Assembly: GCF_964213995.1 (NCBI RefSeq) | Contig: NW_027591101.1 | Coordinates: 62,001 to 116,026, forward strand | Reading direction: 5' to 3' | DNA: 54,026 nucleotides | Origin: Mustelus asterias | Taxonomy: Eukaryota | Shown: in pieces, positions 11,165 through 21,519 of the stretch | Numbering within the stretch: the stretch's first letter is position 1 | How the letters are laid out: every line of letters starts with the position of its first letter | Translations under genes and position numbers: made by a program | The notes under the pieces: model-generated | What the model was told of the DNA's origin: nothing | Seen by the model: the letters and a program-made list of their open reading frames with translations, nothing else | Databases searched by the model: none

Positions 11165-11204
11165 GGCTTTTGTGCGGGGTTCGCTGTATTTCTGCACCAG
11201 TGTG
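11165..11204 (-). other. Recombination signal sequence (23-type, 24-bp spacer) of the minus-strand V
   Basis: CACACTG (11204-11198), 24-nt spacer, then ACAAAAGCC (11173-11165), directly after YFCAME. Confidence 0.85.
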
Positions 11205-11859
11205 AACTCCATGGCACAGAAATACACGGCGCAGTCAGTCCTAAGAGCCCTGGCGATTTTTAAGGGAACAGTGTTGTTTCCTTTGTGCAACGCAGCCGAG
11301 AACCTATCTGACAAATCCGGAGACGTATCGGTATTGCCCGAGCTATATATCTTCATCAAATATCTCAGAGCTTGCCCGGGATAGTGGATCATAGAAATCA
11401 TAGAAACCTTACAGTACAGAAAGAGGCCATTCGGCCCATCGAGTCTGCGCCGACCACAATCCCACCCAGGCCCTACCCCCATATCCCTACATATTTTACC
11501 CACTAATCCCTCTAATCTACACATCCCAGGACACTAAAGGCAATTTTAGCATGGCCAATCAACCTAACCCGCACATCTTTGGACTGTGGGAGGAAACCGG
11601 AGGAAACTCACGCAGACACGAGGAGAATGTGCAAACTCCACACAGACAGTGACCCAAGCCGGGAATCGAACCCAGGTCCCTGGAGCTGTGAAGCAGCAGT
11701 GCTAACCACTGTGCTACCGTGCCCCCCCACTATTCTGGATGCACCATAACACAGTTTGAAAAGCAGCTGTCGAGTATTTACAGTCCAACAATATGCTCTG
11801 TCCTTCCAGAACGCTTCATTTAGATCGATCTTGAAATCCTGAATCTTCAACATTTATCC
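11205..11859 (-). pseudogene. T-cell receptor alpha/delta-type V pseudogene, split by an HE1 SINE
   Basis: After the acceptor TTTTGTTACAG it reads GINVEDSGFQDRSK*SVLEGQSILLDCKYSTAAFQTVLWCIQ [SINE 11390-11731] IHYPGQALRYLMKIYSSGNTDTSPDLSDRFSAALHKGNNTVPLKIARALRTDCAVYFCAME. Both Cys and the Trp are present, TGA lies at 11818-11816, and an RSS follows. Leader exon not confidently located. Confidence 0.92.
11390..11731 (-). mobile_element. HE1-type V-SINE, full length, with target-site duplication
   Basis: tRNA-derived head (GGCACGGTAGCACAGTGGTTAGCACTGCTGCTTCACAGC), V-domain and CR1-like tail ending TTTCTATGATTTCTATG. Flanked by ATCCAGAAT/ATCCACTAT on the minus strand. Confidence 0.95.
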
Positions 11860-11962
11860 CTGTAACAAAACACAGAAGATATTAAATATCTCAGAGCGAA
11901 GAGAGCCCATGGAACAGGCATTGATCATTCAAACATTGGCTTAATGCTGAAAAATTTCAGTC

Positions 11963-12220
11963 ACATCAACACTTCAATGAAGTTAATGTGAAAATCCCCT
12001 CGTCGCCATACTCAGGCGCCTGTTCGGGTACACTGAGGGAAAAGTTAGCATGGCCAATGCACCTAACCAGCACATCTTTCGGACTGCGGGAGGAAACCGG
12101 AGCACCCGGAGGAAACTCACGCAGACACGGGGAGAATCTTCAGACTCCACACAGACGGTGACTGAACCCAGGTCCCCAGCGCTGTAATGCAGCACGGCTA
12201 ACCACTGTGCCACGATGTCG
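11963..12220 (-). mobile_element. HE1-related SINE with an alternative 3' tail
   Basis: Same head and V-domain as HE1, but the tail reads (plus strand) ACACTTCAATGAAGTTAATGTGAAAATCCCC...GTTCGGGTACACTGAGGG. Confidence 0.85.
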
Positions 12221-12910
12221 GATTATTCTTGCAGTACTTTTACTATTGCAATGTAATTTGATGCAGTTGAACGTATGCATGAGAGATAATCCCAACTTTA
12301 TTTCGTTGCTGGCGATTCGCTTTATTCAATTAATAGTGGTTATAAACGCCCATTTTAAACAAGAAGGAGCCATCAAGATTCCGATAAGATGCCTACTCTA
12401 AAATAACAACACAAGATGCAAACATGACCCTGGGTTCACATTCATTTCCTATATTCTTTAGTTATTTGCATTTAAATATTTCCATCGTAATGTTACACCT
12501 TAAGTTCTGGTTATTAACTTTATCAATTATTGCTGCGATAATATAATGAGTAATTGAGTGGACTCGTTGAAATGGGAGAGTGGGAGAAATCGGATTGTCT
12601 CAACCCTGAACTTTAGGGAAAAGGGGAGAAACAGAAGAACGTAGAGCAAGTGTGAAGACAGAGACGGTCAGAAGCAGGACAAAGGGAGATAGAGAAACCG
12701 AGGCGGAATGGCAGAACGAGATACATCGGTCCCAAACGAAAAGAGAACCGGAGAACCCGAGAAATACAGAGAGAAAGAGAAACTCAGAATCTATTAGTCC
12801 AGAGACTTGTGACACTAATAAATAAACGGAGATTTAAAACGAATGCAGGAACGTCCTTCCGTCTTCTGAGAATTCGGTGGTTTTCCAGAAAATAACAATT
12901 TACCTCGGAT

Positions 12911-12928
12911 CGCCGCCAGATGGAGCTG
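12911..12928 (+). promoter_or_regulatory. CTCF-like motif between the two divergent V genes
   Basis: CGCCGCCAGATGGAGCTG versus the CTCF core CCGCCAGATGGCGCT (one core mismatch), in unique CpG-containing sequence. Confidence 0.35.
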
Positions 12929-13119
12929 CCTCACCGCATGTGCGTGTTTACTGCAGGGGCACGAGAAGGATCACAATGTGATAGTGATACTGGTTTCATT
13001 CTCAGGGTGTCAAGGGGCTCTCGGAAATCTCCCTGCTGGCGTCACGTTCTAAATTATGTTATTTATCTTTCGCTTTCTGGAATCCCTTCCTGATTGGATT
13101 TAGGCCATTGATTTTCAAG

Positions 13120-13450
13120 TTGTACCCGTTTGTTCCTGTCACTGTCTATCTCTGTTTCTCTTGTGATCTGTTCGTTTGTCTCTCTTTGAGTCACTCTCTG
13201 TATTATCTCTACATATCTGCAACTGTTCCCTTCACCGTATCATCATCTATTTCCCTTGCTGCCCCCGTCTCTCCCTCGTTTATCTCAATGTCCCACTTTT
13301 TATCACTCTGCCACTGCCTCATTTCTCTCATTCTCTTTCCTCTTGCTCATCTCTCTACATCTCCATCTGTTCTTCTCCACTCATCTCTCTCCTTCGATCA
13401 CGGTCTCGGCCTTCGAATCACTCACTGTCTTTGCATTCGTTTATCTTCAT
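13120..13450. repeat. CT-rich low-complexity tract (with a GA-rich tract at ~12620-12790)
   Basis: Pyrimidine-biased degenerate (CT)n sequence; it explains the spurious 182-aa ORF. Confidence 0.7.
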
Positions 13451-13744
13451 TTCTTAGCTTGGATGTTTTTGTGTTGCTGAATTTGTTTCTCTCAAGGGAT
13501 CTGCATCTAATCCGCTGTTGTACAATCAGTATATTGTTTTATTTAAAATCGCAACCCGACGAAGTCTACTGTTCAGAACGAAGCGTTCAGTGTGAACAGG
13601 TCACGCACATGACAATGAGATTAATGATCTTGAGAAGCCATCACAAACCTACATAAAAATAAATAAAATTCAACATGAACGATTTAAACCGATCAAATAA
13701 AAAACTGCTTCCACCTGAGAACTCTGGGCCTGTACTCGATGCTG

Positions 13745-14425
13745 TTTACAGTGATGTGGGGGATCTCTTTGAAGTTTACAGAATACGGAAAGGCCTGGAT
13801 AGAGTAGACGTGAGGAAGATGTTTCCATTAGTAGGAGAGTCTTGGATCCGAGGCACTGCCTCAGAGTAAAGTGGGGACCCGTTTGAATCGAGATGTGGAG
13901 TAATTTCTTCAGGCAGAGGGTGGTGAATCTGTGGAATTGCTTGCCACAGAAGGCTAAGGAGGCCAGATCATTGAGTATATTTAAGACAGAGATCGATAGG
14001 TCCTTGATTGGTGAAGGGATCAAACGTTATGGGGAAAAGATGGGAGAATGGGGTTGAGAAACCCCACAGGGATGGCACTCTAGCACAATGGTTAGCACTG
14101 TTGCCTCACAGCGCCAGAGGCCCGGGTTCAATTCCAGCCTCGGGTCACTGCCTGTGCGGAGTCTGCACATTCTCCCCGTGTCTGCGTGGGTTTCCCCTGC
14201 GTGCTCCGGTTTCCTCCCACAGTCCAAAAGTATGTGGGTTAGGTTGATTGGCCATGGAGTTACGGAAACGGGGCCTGACTGGGACTGTGGTCGGTGAAGA
14301 CTCTATGGGCGGAATGGCCTCCTCCTGCACTGTCGGGATTCTAAACATATCGGCCATGACTGAATGATGGAGCAGACACGATGGGCCGAATGGCCTAACT
14401 CTGCTCCTATATCTTATGGTCTTGT
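13745..14425 (+). mobile_element. CR1-type LINE 3' end, interrupted by an HE1 SINE
   Basis: GDLFEVYRIRKGLDRVDVRKMFPL (CR1 ORF2 C-terminus); the tail resumes at ~14345. Confidence 0.88.
14069..14343 (+). mobile_element. HE1-type SINE (internal deletion)
   Basis: Head GGCACTCTAGCACAATGGTTAGCACTG..., V-domain, and tail CTGCACTGTCGGGATTCT. Confidence 0.9.
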
Positions 14426-14520
14426 CAGCAAAGCTGATTCTTCCCTCACACCACACATTGTGCTCACTCAAGTGACTGACTCCAGTCTCAGATATTTAAT
14501 ACAGTTGGTCAAAGAGCTTC

Positions 14521-14660
14521 AGCCAATCACTGAAACTCATTTAAATCTTATCTCAATCTATGACGGGTAGATTGCCGATTGTTTGATTGGACGGGACATT
14601 GAAATCAGAAAGTGACGTTAAAAATAGATTCTGTTCCGGCAATGCTTGGATTTTTAAAGG
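14521..14660 (+). promoter_or_regulatory. Putative V-gene promoter: CCAAT boxes, CRE-like TCR decamer, AT-rich TATA-like tract
   Basis: AGCCAATCA (14521), GATTGG (~14585), AGTGACGTTA (14611-14620; cf. TCR decamer AGTGAYRTCA) and TTTTTAAA (~14651), all upstream of a strong Kozak GCCGCCATGG. Confidence 0.55.
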
Positions 14661-14689
14661 TAACCATAGCCCCGGGCTCTGCTGCCGCC

Positions 14690-14735
14690 ATGGAGTTCCT
14701 CACCGTCTGCATTGTGTTCGGGCTGTTTCTTGTCG
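14690..14735 (+). CDS. Leader exon (L-PART1) of TCR alpha/delta-type V gene
   Basis: ATG in GCCGCCATGG; encodes MEFLTVCIVFGLFLV plus 1 nt; phase-1 donor G|GTAAG at 14736. Confidence 0.93.
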
Positions 14736-14950
14736 GTAAGGATGACTGCAATCTGGTTAAATGTTATCTCGATCTGAAACTTTAACTCTGCTTCTCTCCA
14801 GTGATGCTTCCTGACGCTGCTGAGTAATTCAGCCTTTATTTGTCTTTATTTCATAACTCCAGTTATGTAGACTGGACTGTAAAGTGTTAATATTATTTCA
14901 GCAGCACGTCCAACACATAGTTTATTTTTCTTCTCGAATACATGTTACAG

Positions 14951-15257
14951 ATCCGAGTGATGGAGATTCTGTTTCTCAGCCGCAGTCTTTAGAGAGGAGA
15001 GAAGGTGAAACGGTGACTCTCCGATGTACCTACAGCACTACAGCGAGCGACTATGTCCTATATTGGTACAGACAGCAGCCACAGAAGAATTTGCAGTTCA
15101 TTATATGGAAAAGGTCCTGGATTACACAAGAAGACAGAGGGGAAGGTTTTGGACCCAATTTCTCTGCTGATCTCCAGACCTTGGCTAAATTAACCACTTT
15201 AACCATCTCGAGCCTACAGCTGACTGGCGCTGGCCGCTATTACTGCGCTTTCAGACT
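14951..15257 (+). CDS. T-cell receptor alpha/delta-type variable gene segment (V exon), open frame
   Basis: Acceptor GTTACAG| is in phase with the leader. Reads (D)PSDGDSVSQPQSLERREGETVTLRCTYSTTASDYVLYWYRQQPQKNLQFIIWKRSWITQEDRGEGFGPNFSADLQTLAKLTTLTISSLQLTGAGRYYCAFRL, with conserved Cys, WYRQ and YYC. DSVSQ, CTYST and YLYWYRQ-like motifs fit TRAV/TRDV. Confidence 0.95.
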
Positions 15258-15296
15258 CACAGTGACAGAAAGCAGTATCACTCCCGTACAAAAACT
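15258..15296 (+). other. Recombination signal sequence (23-RSS)
   Basis: CACAGTG (15258-15264), 23-nt spacer, then ACAAAAACT (15288-15296). Confidence 0.97.
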
Positions 15297-16455
15297 GCTT
15301 TCCAGCTATCATTGGGTGCTCCAGTCTGTTGAGGTTTGTGTAGAGAATCGCGGAAGGTTACAGCCAGATTGAGCAGCGGCGCTGTCAGCCGCTCCAACAC
15401 ACATCCAGAGGAAACCTCATTAACCTCGGATCAAACTGTCACCCAGCTGAATCCAGGATCGGCTGAGACAACACACACCAGAATCCCATCAGACTGGAAG
15501 GTTGATCGGCGAGAGTGAGAGAGAGAGAGTACCTAACAGTTAAAGAGTTTATGTTTCATTTCCAGTGGTTATTTGCTTCAATTCAGGCTTGGCTGGGAAG
15601 ATCAGCTTCACCAAGTAAAGGGTGCTCAGACTTAAAAAGGCTTCAGAGCTGCCCGACACCACCTCATGGACTGCGAGATTTAACCAGGGAACGGGACGAT
15701 AGAAAAGGGGGCGGGGTGGTAGGGGATATCTCCGGCTGACAAAGGGAGTAATGAAGTTGATGTTGAGGGAGCTAACAAAAGAGAGAACAGATGGGAAGAA
15801 ATATACGCCTAAAAACACTTCAATCAAAGAATAGAGAAATAAACATTTAATCAAAACAATGCAGCAGTAAAATGAATGTGGCTGCAAGGTAGATCTGAGC
15901 AATATGCAAGTGTAAATTGGTGATAACTTGAAAGGTATGTTTTCCTATCCCTGTACATACTTCCTGTGAAAAACCTGAGCAATGTGCCTTTGCAGCTGAG
16001 TGTGGCCCAGTTTGTGCATCAGCTCAGTGGCTGCCTGGAGTCAGTGATTTGGAGTCGGAGACTGTTGGCCATGGAGCTATTTTAGGCATCCTTCAGCGGA
16101 TCAGCCCTGTCACTGCCTGATCTCTCTGTTTAATATCGAAGAAATTTCCAAGACGAGGTGGCAGAATGAAGCCTCAGCAGAGCATCAGATCAGTGCTTGC
16201 TAACCCACCATGTTTAATGATTTGATCAACGGTGCTATGCAGACAAGTAAGTCCTTAGTCCCTAACCTGTTCACTTCCTATATCATCCAATGCACCTGTA
16301 CACTTTGAGAGAGCTATAAAAGTCATTGACATAGGCAAGGCTGAGATTGAGAGGAATGATACAGAGACAATCCAACTGAAGTACAAAGATGAATGCGGGC
16401 CTGAGAGCAGTGAATGATACAGAGACATTCCCTTTAGGTTTTATAGTAACCAATC

Positions 16456-16528
16456 ATTTCTGTCGTGTATTGGTCATCACGCTCCCCTTACACGCGAAAA
16501 GTCATTGGTTTGCAACCGATTGGAAACA
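16456..16528 (+). pseudogene. tRNA-Val pseudogene (AAC/CAC-type body, anticodon position TAC)
   Basis: 73 nt ATTTCTGTCGTGTATTGGTCATCACGCTCCCCTTACACGCGAAAAGTCATTGGTTTGCAACCGATTGGAAACA, colinear with tRNA-Val; boxes degraded. Confidence 0.78.
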
Positions 16529-17154
16529 TAGAACTGCGATGTTTGCAGGATTTAAGTTTGTTTCTGAACATTATCAGAATCTCGATATTACAGCCATATT
16601 ATATTTGCTGTGACCTCGGCCCCAAATGCTTTCAGCAAATTCAGAAATGCTGCATTTTAAGACGTCATGAGGAATGAAATGTTCCTATTTTGATAAGATG
16701 CACATGTTGGCAATTCGTCCAGTGTACAACAGAATTCAATGGATTTATAGGTGCAGACTAACATGTCTGCACCTATAAACCTATAATCACCATCTGAAAC
16801 ATATCTAATAGAATTGTGTGCTAATAAAACGGACACAAGTGATACTGTAACTGAACTAGAGGAAATGGCAACATTGCACAGAACAATCTTTTAACATGAT
16901 CATAATAGAGAAGTAGAAAAAAACACTCAGGCAGATGACGAAATCAAGACTCAGTGCGATCTGCTGGACTTCCCGATAGATGAACAGGATTTAGGCGCCA
17001 GAATGTTTCACACCCAGAATAAAAGGGGATCAAGTATAACTAATAGATCATTCTTAAACTTCTTCCCTTTTAAGATATTTGACTTTGTTTCATAGCTGCC
17101 TGCGCTCAATCTGACTGGGATCCGTATCACCCAGTGACTCGATTTCTTTTCACA

Positions 17155-17497
17155 CACAAAAACAGAAAATGCTGGAAAACCTCAGCAGGTCTGACAGCGT
17201 CTGTGGGGAGAGAATAGAGCCAACGTTTCGAGTCTAATAGATGACGCTTCGTCAGATAACGTTTGTTAACTAAGGCAAAATGCAGAAACTCCTTCTTCAA
17301 ATTTGGATTGGACAATGACTTCACACGGAGAAAAATCAGCTTCATGGAATGAAAGGAGGAAATACGTTCTGACGAAGGGTCATCTGGACTCAAAACTTTG
17401 GCTCCATTCTCTCCCTACAGATGCTGGCAGTCCTGCTGGGATTTTGCGGCATTTGTTGTTTTTGTTTCAGATTCCAGCATCCGCAGTGTTTTGCTTT
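17155..17497. mobile_element. Inverted pair of Penelope-like terminal repeats
   Basis: 17155-17256 is approximately the reverse complement of 17368-17470; both contain CTGACGAAG...GACTC(G/A)AAAC. Confidence 0.75.
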
Positions 17498-18053
17498 AAA
17501 CTCGATTTCTTTTGTTGGTCAGTCATGTTTGCAATTCAATATTGTGTATTTCAGAAAAGTTCAATTCACAATGATGACATTTATATTAATAAATGTACGG
17601 ATATTAAATATTGACAGAATATGCGCAGTTTAGCTGGATTGGCCATGATAAACTGCCCCTTAGGTTAGATAGATCATCCAGAGGAAAGCTGTTGTGTTAC
17701 GGGGATAGGATATCAGAGGGTCGGTGCATACTCGTTGGGTCGAATGGCATTTTCTGCACGATAGGGATTCTATGATTCTATGAAACATACACTGAGTAGA
17801 ATTGGTTGATACTATTGGGAGGAAGGTGAGAATGATGCATTAATGATTGAGCATAAATCATTGCTCTCTTAGACATTTGCCAGATGAAAGATTTTAAATT
17901 TTGAAGTTCAAGATAAATTGAGACATCCGGTCGGATGTAACGTTTGTCTTCTTGTATTCAGTGACATGGGCTGTCAGTCTCACCATTAGAACCTGCAACA
18001 ACATAGTGGAGTTGAACATTGCAGACAGCCTGATTGCATGGGCTCAGCGATCA

Positions 18054-18126
18054 GCTGCTGCAGTATAGTGGTTATCATGTTCGCCTAACACGCGAAAAGC
18101 CCCTAGTTCTAAAACCAGGAAGAAAA
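18054..18126 (+). pseudogene. tRNA-Val(AAC) pseudogene
   Basis: AGTATAGTGGTTATCATGTTCGCCTAACACGCGAAAAGCCCCTAGTTCTAAAACCAGG has an intact anticodon arm TTCGC-CT-AAC-AC-GCGAA; acceptor stem and B-box are broken. Confidence 0.85.
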
Positions 18127-18279
18127 ATCAATTGTTTCTCGCTCAGTTTGAGGGACGTTTGAAGAATTTAAATTTCTTGCCCAATCTTAATAGCTCTCAG
18201 GGCTATTTATTTTCACTGACATGGCCTCAAAATTCATTCATTAAAATTAGAAGTGCTGAATATTCATGGCACAATGAGA

Positions 18280-19080
18280 AGAAAATGTGAGGTAATGCAT
18301 TTTGGAAGGTCGAATACAAATAGGAAATATACAGTAAATGGCAGAACCCTTAAGAGTATTGATAGTCAGAGAGGTCTGGGTGTACAGGTACACACGTCAC
18401 TGAAAGTGGCAACGCAGGTGGAGAAGGTAGTCAAGAAGGCATACGGCATGCTTGCCTGCATCTGCCGGGGCTTTGAGTTTAAATATTCTCAATTAAGTAT
18501 TGCAGCTTTATAGAACTTTAGTTAGGCCGCACTTGGAATATAATGTTCAATCCTGGTCGCCACATTGCTGGAAGGATGTGTAGGCTTTAGAGAGGGTACA
18601 GAAAAGATTTACCAGGATGTTGCCTGGTATGGAGCGCATTAGCTGTGAGGAGGGGTTGGAGAAACTTGGTTTTTTCTCACTGGAATGACAGAGGTTGATG
18701 AGTGACCCGATAGAAGTCTACAAGTTTATGAGGGGCATGGAAAGAGTGGATACTCAGAAGCTATTTCCCAGGGTGGAAGAGTCAATTACTAGGGGGCATA
18801 GGTTTATGCTGTGGGGGGAAAGGTTTAAAGGAGATGTCCGAGGCAATTTTTTTTCACAGAGGGTGGTGGGTGCCTGGAACTCGCTGCTCGGGGAGGCAGT
18901 GGAAGCAAATACGATAGCGACTTTTAAGGGGCGTCTTGACAAATACATGATTAGGATGGGAACAGACGGTAATGGCACCTGGAAGCATAGGGGGCTTTAG
19001 TTCTTTCGGGCAGTGTGGTCGGTGCAAGCTTGGAGGGCGGAAGGGCCTGTTTCTGTGCTGTAATTTTCTTTGTTCTTTGT
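18280..19080 (+). mobile_element. CR1/HER1-type LINE, 3' portion
   Basis: KCEVMHFGRSN...QVEKVVKKAYGML...DPIEVYKFMRGMERVD; tail TTCTTTGTTCTTTG. Same subfamily as 48640-50123. Confidence 0.93.
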
Positions 19081-19964
19081 AAAATGATGTTCCTATTTTC
19101 ACATCGTGCATATATAGTAATTCCTTCTTTCAACAATAATGATTTTATAGACGGAGGTAACAAAGTTAATTTCAATCTAAAACATGTAGAACAGTAGCGT
19201 GTGCTCAAAGAGAGAGACACAATTGATGTTGTAACTGAACGAGAGGAAATGACAGGGGATCCACCTTTTCAAAAAAGATGCCTTCATAATGGAGAAATGG
19301 GGAAAAATATTCAAGACGAGGAATTCGAGATGAAGTGCGGATCTGCCGCTGCCCCTCTTTTCTGATACATTCCTTTGACCCCTGATCAAATTTGCAACGC
19401 ATCAAACATTCTAGCACATTGATACTCACGGCCCAGCAATTGGTATCATTCAAACCGGACCGAATATGAAGTGGAACACGGCAAAAACTGGAAACCTGAA
19501 ATAAAAACAGAAAATGCTGCGTTATTTCAGTAGGCCTGGCAGCATCTATGGTGAGGGAAACAGCGTGAATGTTTCAAGTTCTGGGGGGTAACGGTCGACG
19601 CGGACACGATGGCCGATGGGCCGAACGGCCTCTCAGTACTGTAAAACTCTGTGTCTCTCTGAATCGTTTTCGGAGCTGGCCAGCAAAAACTAACTCCGCC
19701 ACCTGCGCCACAAACAAATCAAAACACCTATTTTCGACAAAACGAAGCAAAGGGGTTGCCTACGATTTGAATGGGGGAACCTCTCGCGTGCCCACCAGTT
19801 GAAACATCCGAAGCGGGAAGAATATTCCTGGAGCTACGACCCGACACATGAACATTGTTGACCGGAATATAACACATTTGTTTCAATTCAAAGAAGCCCA
19901 ACCATCTCTGGTAAAAGCTGAAATTGTTGAAAAGGCTCAGCACACAATATTTGCGGGCTGAATG

Positions 19965-21105
19965 ATCATAGAACCATAGAACCATAGAAAATTACAGCTC
20001 AGAAACAGGCCTTTTGGCCCTTCTTGTCTGTGCCGAACCACTGACCTGCACTTGGACCATATCCCTCCACACCCTCTCATCCATGAATCCGTCCAAGTTT
20101 TCCTTAAATGTTAAAAGTTTCCCACTTTATCCGGCAGCTCATTCCACACTCCCACCACTCTCTGCGTGAAGAAGCCCCCCCCTAATATTCCCTTTAAACT
20201 TTTCTCCTTTCACCCTTAACCCATGGCCTCTGGGTTTTTTTCTCCCCTCGCCTCAGCGGAAAAAGCCTGCTTGCATTCACTCTATCTATACCCATCAAAA
20301 TCTTATACACCTCTATCAAATCTCCCCTCAATCTTCTACGCTCCAGGGAATAAAGTCCCAACCTATTCAATCTCTCTCTGTAACTCAGCTTCTCAAGTCC
20401 CAGCAACATCCTTGTGAACCTTCTCTGCACTCTTTCAACCTTATTTACATCCTTCCTGTAACTAGGTGACCAAAACTGTACACAATACTCCACATTCGGC
20501 CTCACCAATGCCTTATATAACCTTACCATAACACTCCAACTTTTATACTCGATACTCCGATTTATAAAGACGAATGTACCAAAGGCACTCTTTACGAACC
20601 TATCCACATCTGACGTCACTTTTAGGGAATTCTGTACATGTATTCCGAGATCCCTCCGTTTAACTGCACTCTTCAGAGTCCTACCATTTACCCTGTACGT
20701 TCTACTTTGGTTTGTCCTTCCAAAGTGCAATATCTCACACTTGTCTGCGTTAAATTTCATTTGCCATTTTTCAGCCCATTTTTCTAGTTGGTCCAAATCC
20801 CTCTGCAAGCTTTGAAAACCTTCCTCACTGTCCACTACACCTCCAATCTTTGTATCATCAGCAAACTTGCTGATCCAATTTACCACATTATCATCCAGAT
20901 CATTGATATAGATGACAAACAACAATGGACCCAACACTGATCCCTGCGGCACACCACTAGTAACAGGCCTCCACTCAGAGAAGCAATCGTCCACAACCAC
21001 TCTCTGGCTTCTTCCATTGAGCCAGTGTCTAATCCAATTTACTACCTCCCCATGTATACCTAGCGACTCAACCTTCCTAACTAACCTCCCATGAGGGACC
21101 TTGTC
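19965..21105 (-). mobile_element. CR1/HER1-type LINE 3' portion, relatively young (268-aa open RT fragment)
   Basis: ORF 20194-21000 reads WRPVTSGVPQGSVLGPLLFVIYINDLD...KFADDTKIGG...KCEILHFG...RGDLIEVYKI; tail repeats (CATAGAAC)n at 19967-19988. Confidence 0.96.
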
Positions 21106-21519
21106 ACAGGAAACTATCCGTCCAATGTTGCTTACTGGACTGTTTGGAACTGGGTACTTTTATGTATTAAGTACACATATTAGCCATCACACTACACAAA
21201 GAATGCCGAGCGCCAAACTGAACGAACGAGTATGTCAACCTTTGTAACGTCATTGCACATCAGAACCATCTAAGAGAGGAACAGGAAAGCCTACACAGGG
21301 AAACGGAGAAACCTAGTCTCCGTGCGGGTCTGGTGAATCCCCTCTTTTCTTATTCAATTCGGAATCAAGAGATTGGAAGGGGATTTAGCGCCTGAATATG
21401 AAAGATGCCATGAGAAAGAAGAGCAGGGGGTTCCTCCCGCTATCCGCAGCAACGGGCTTAAATCTTAAATGCCTCTGAAACGGCGTGGTTCAGTTCAAGC
21501 GTAGTTTGGGATGGGCATC

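Noticed and set aside
10832-11524. 230-aa ORF as a gene
   Set aside because: It is a chimera of SINE tail, V-pseudogene 3' half, RSS and read-through.
13108-13656. 182-aa hydrophobic ORF
   Set aside because: Product of CT-rich low-complexity DNA.
14690-15296. Intact V as a NAR-TCR supporting V-delta
   Set aside because: It has its own leader exon and no extra CDR1 cysteine, and no NAR-type V, D or J was seen upstream.
19424-19497. J-like stretch on the minus strand (TTCGGTCCG...GTGAGT)
   Set aside because: No FGxG, an in-frame stop and no heptamer; the apparent nonamer abuts a common repeat terminus.
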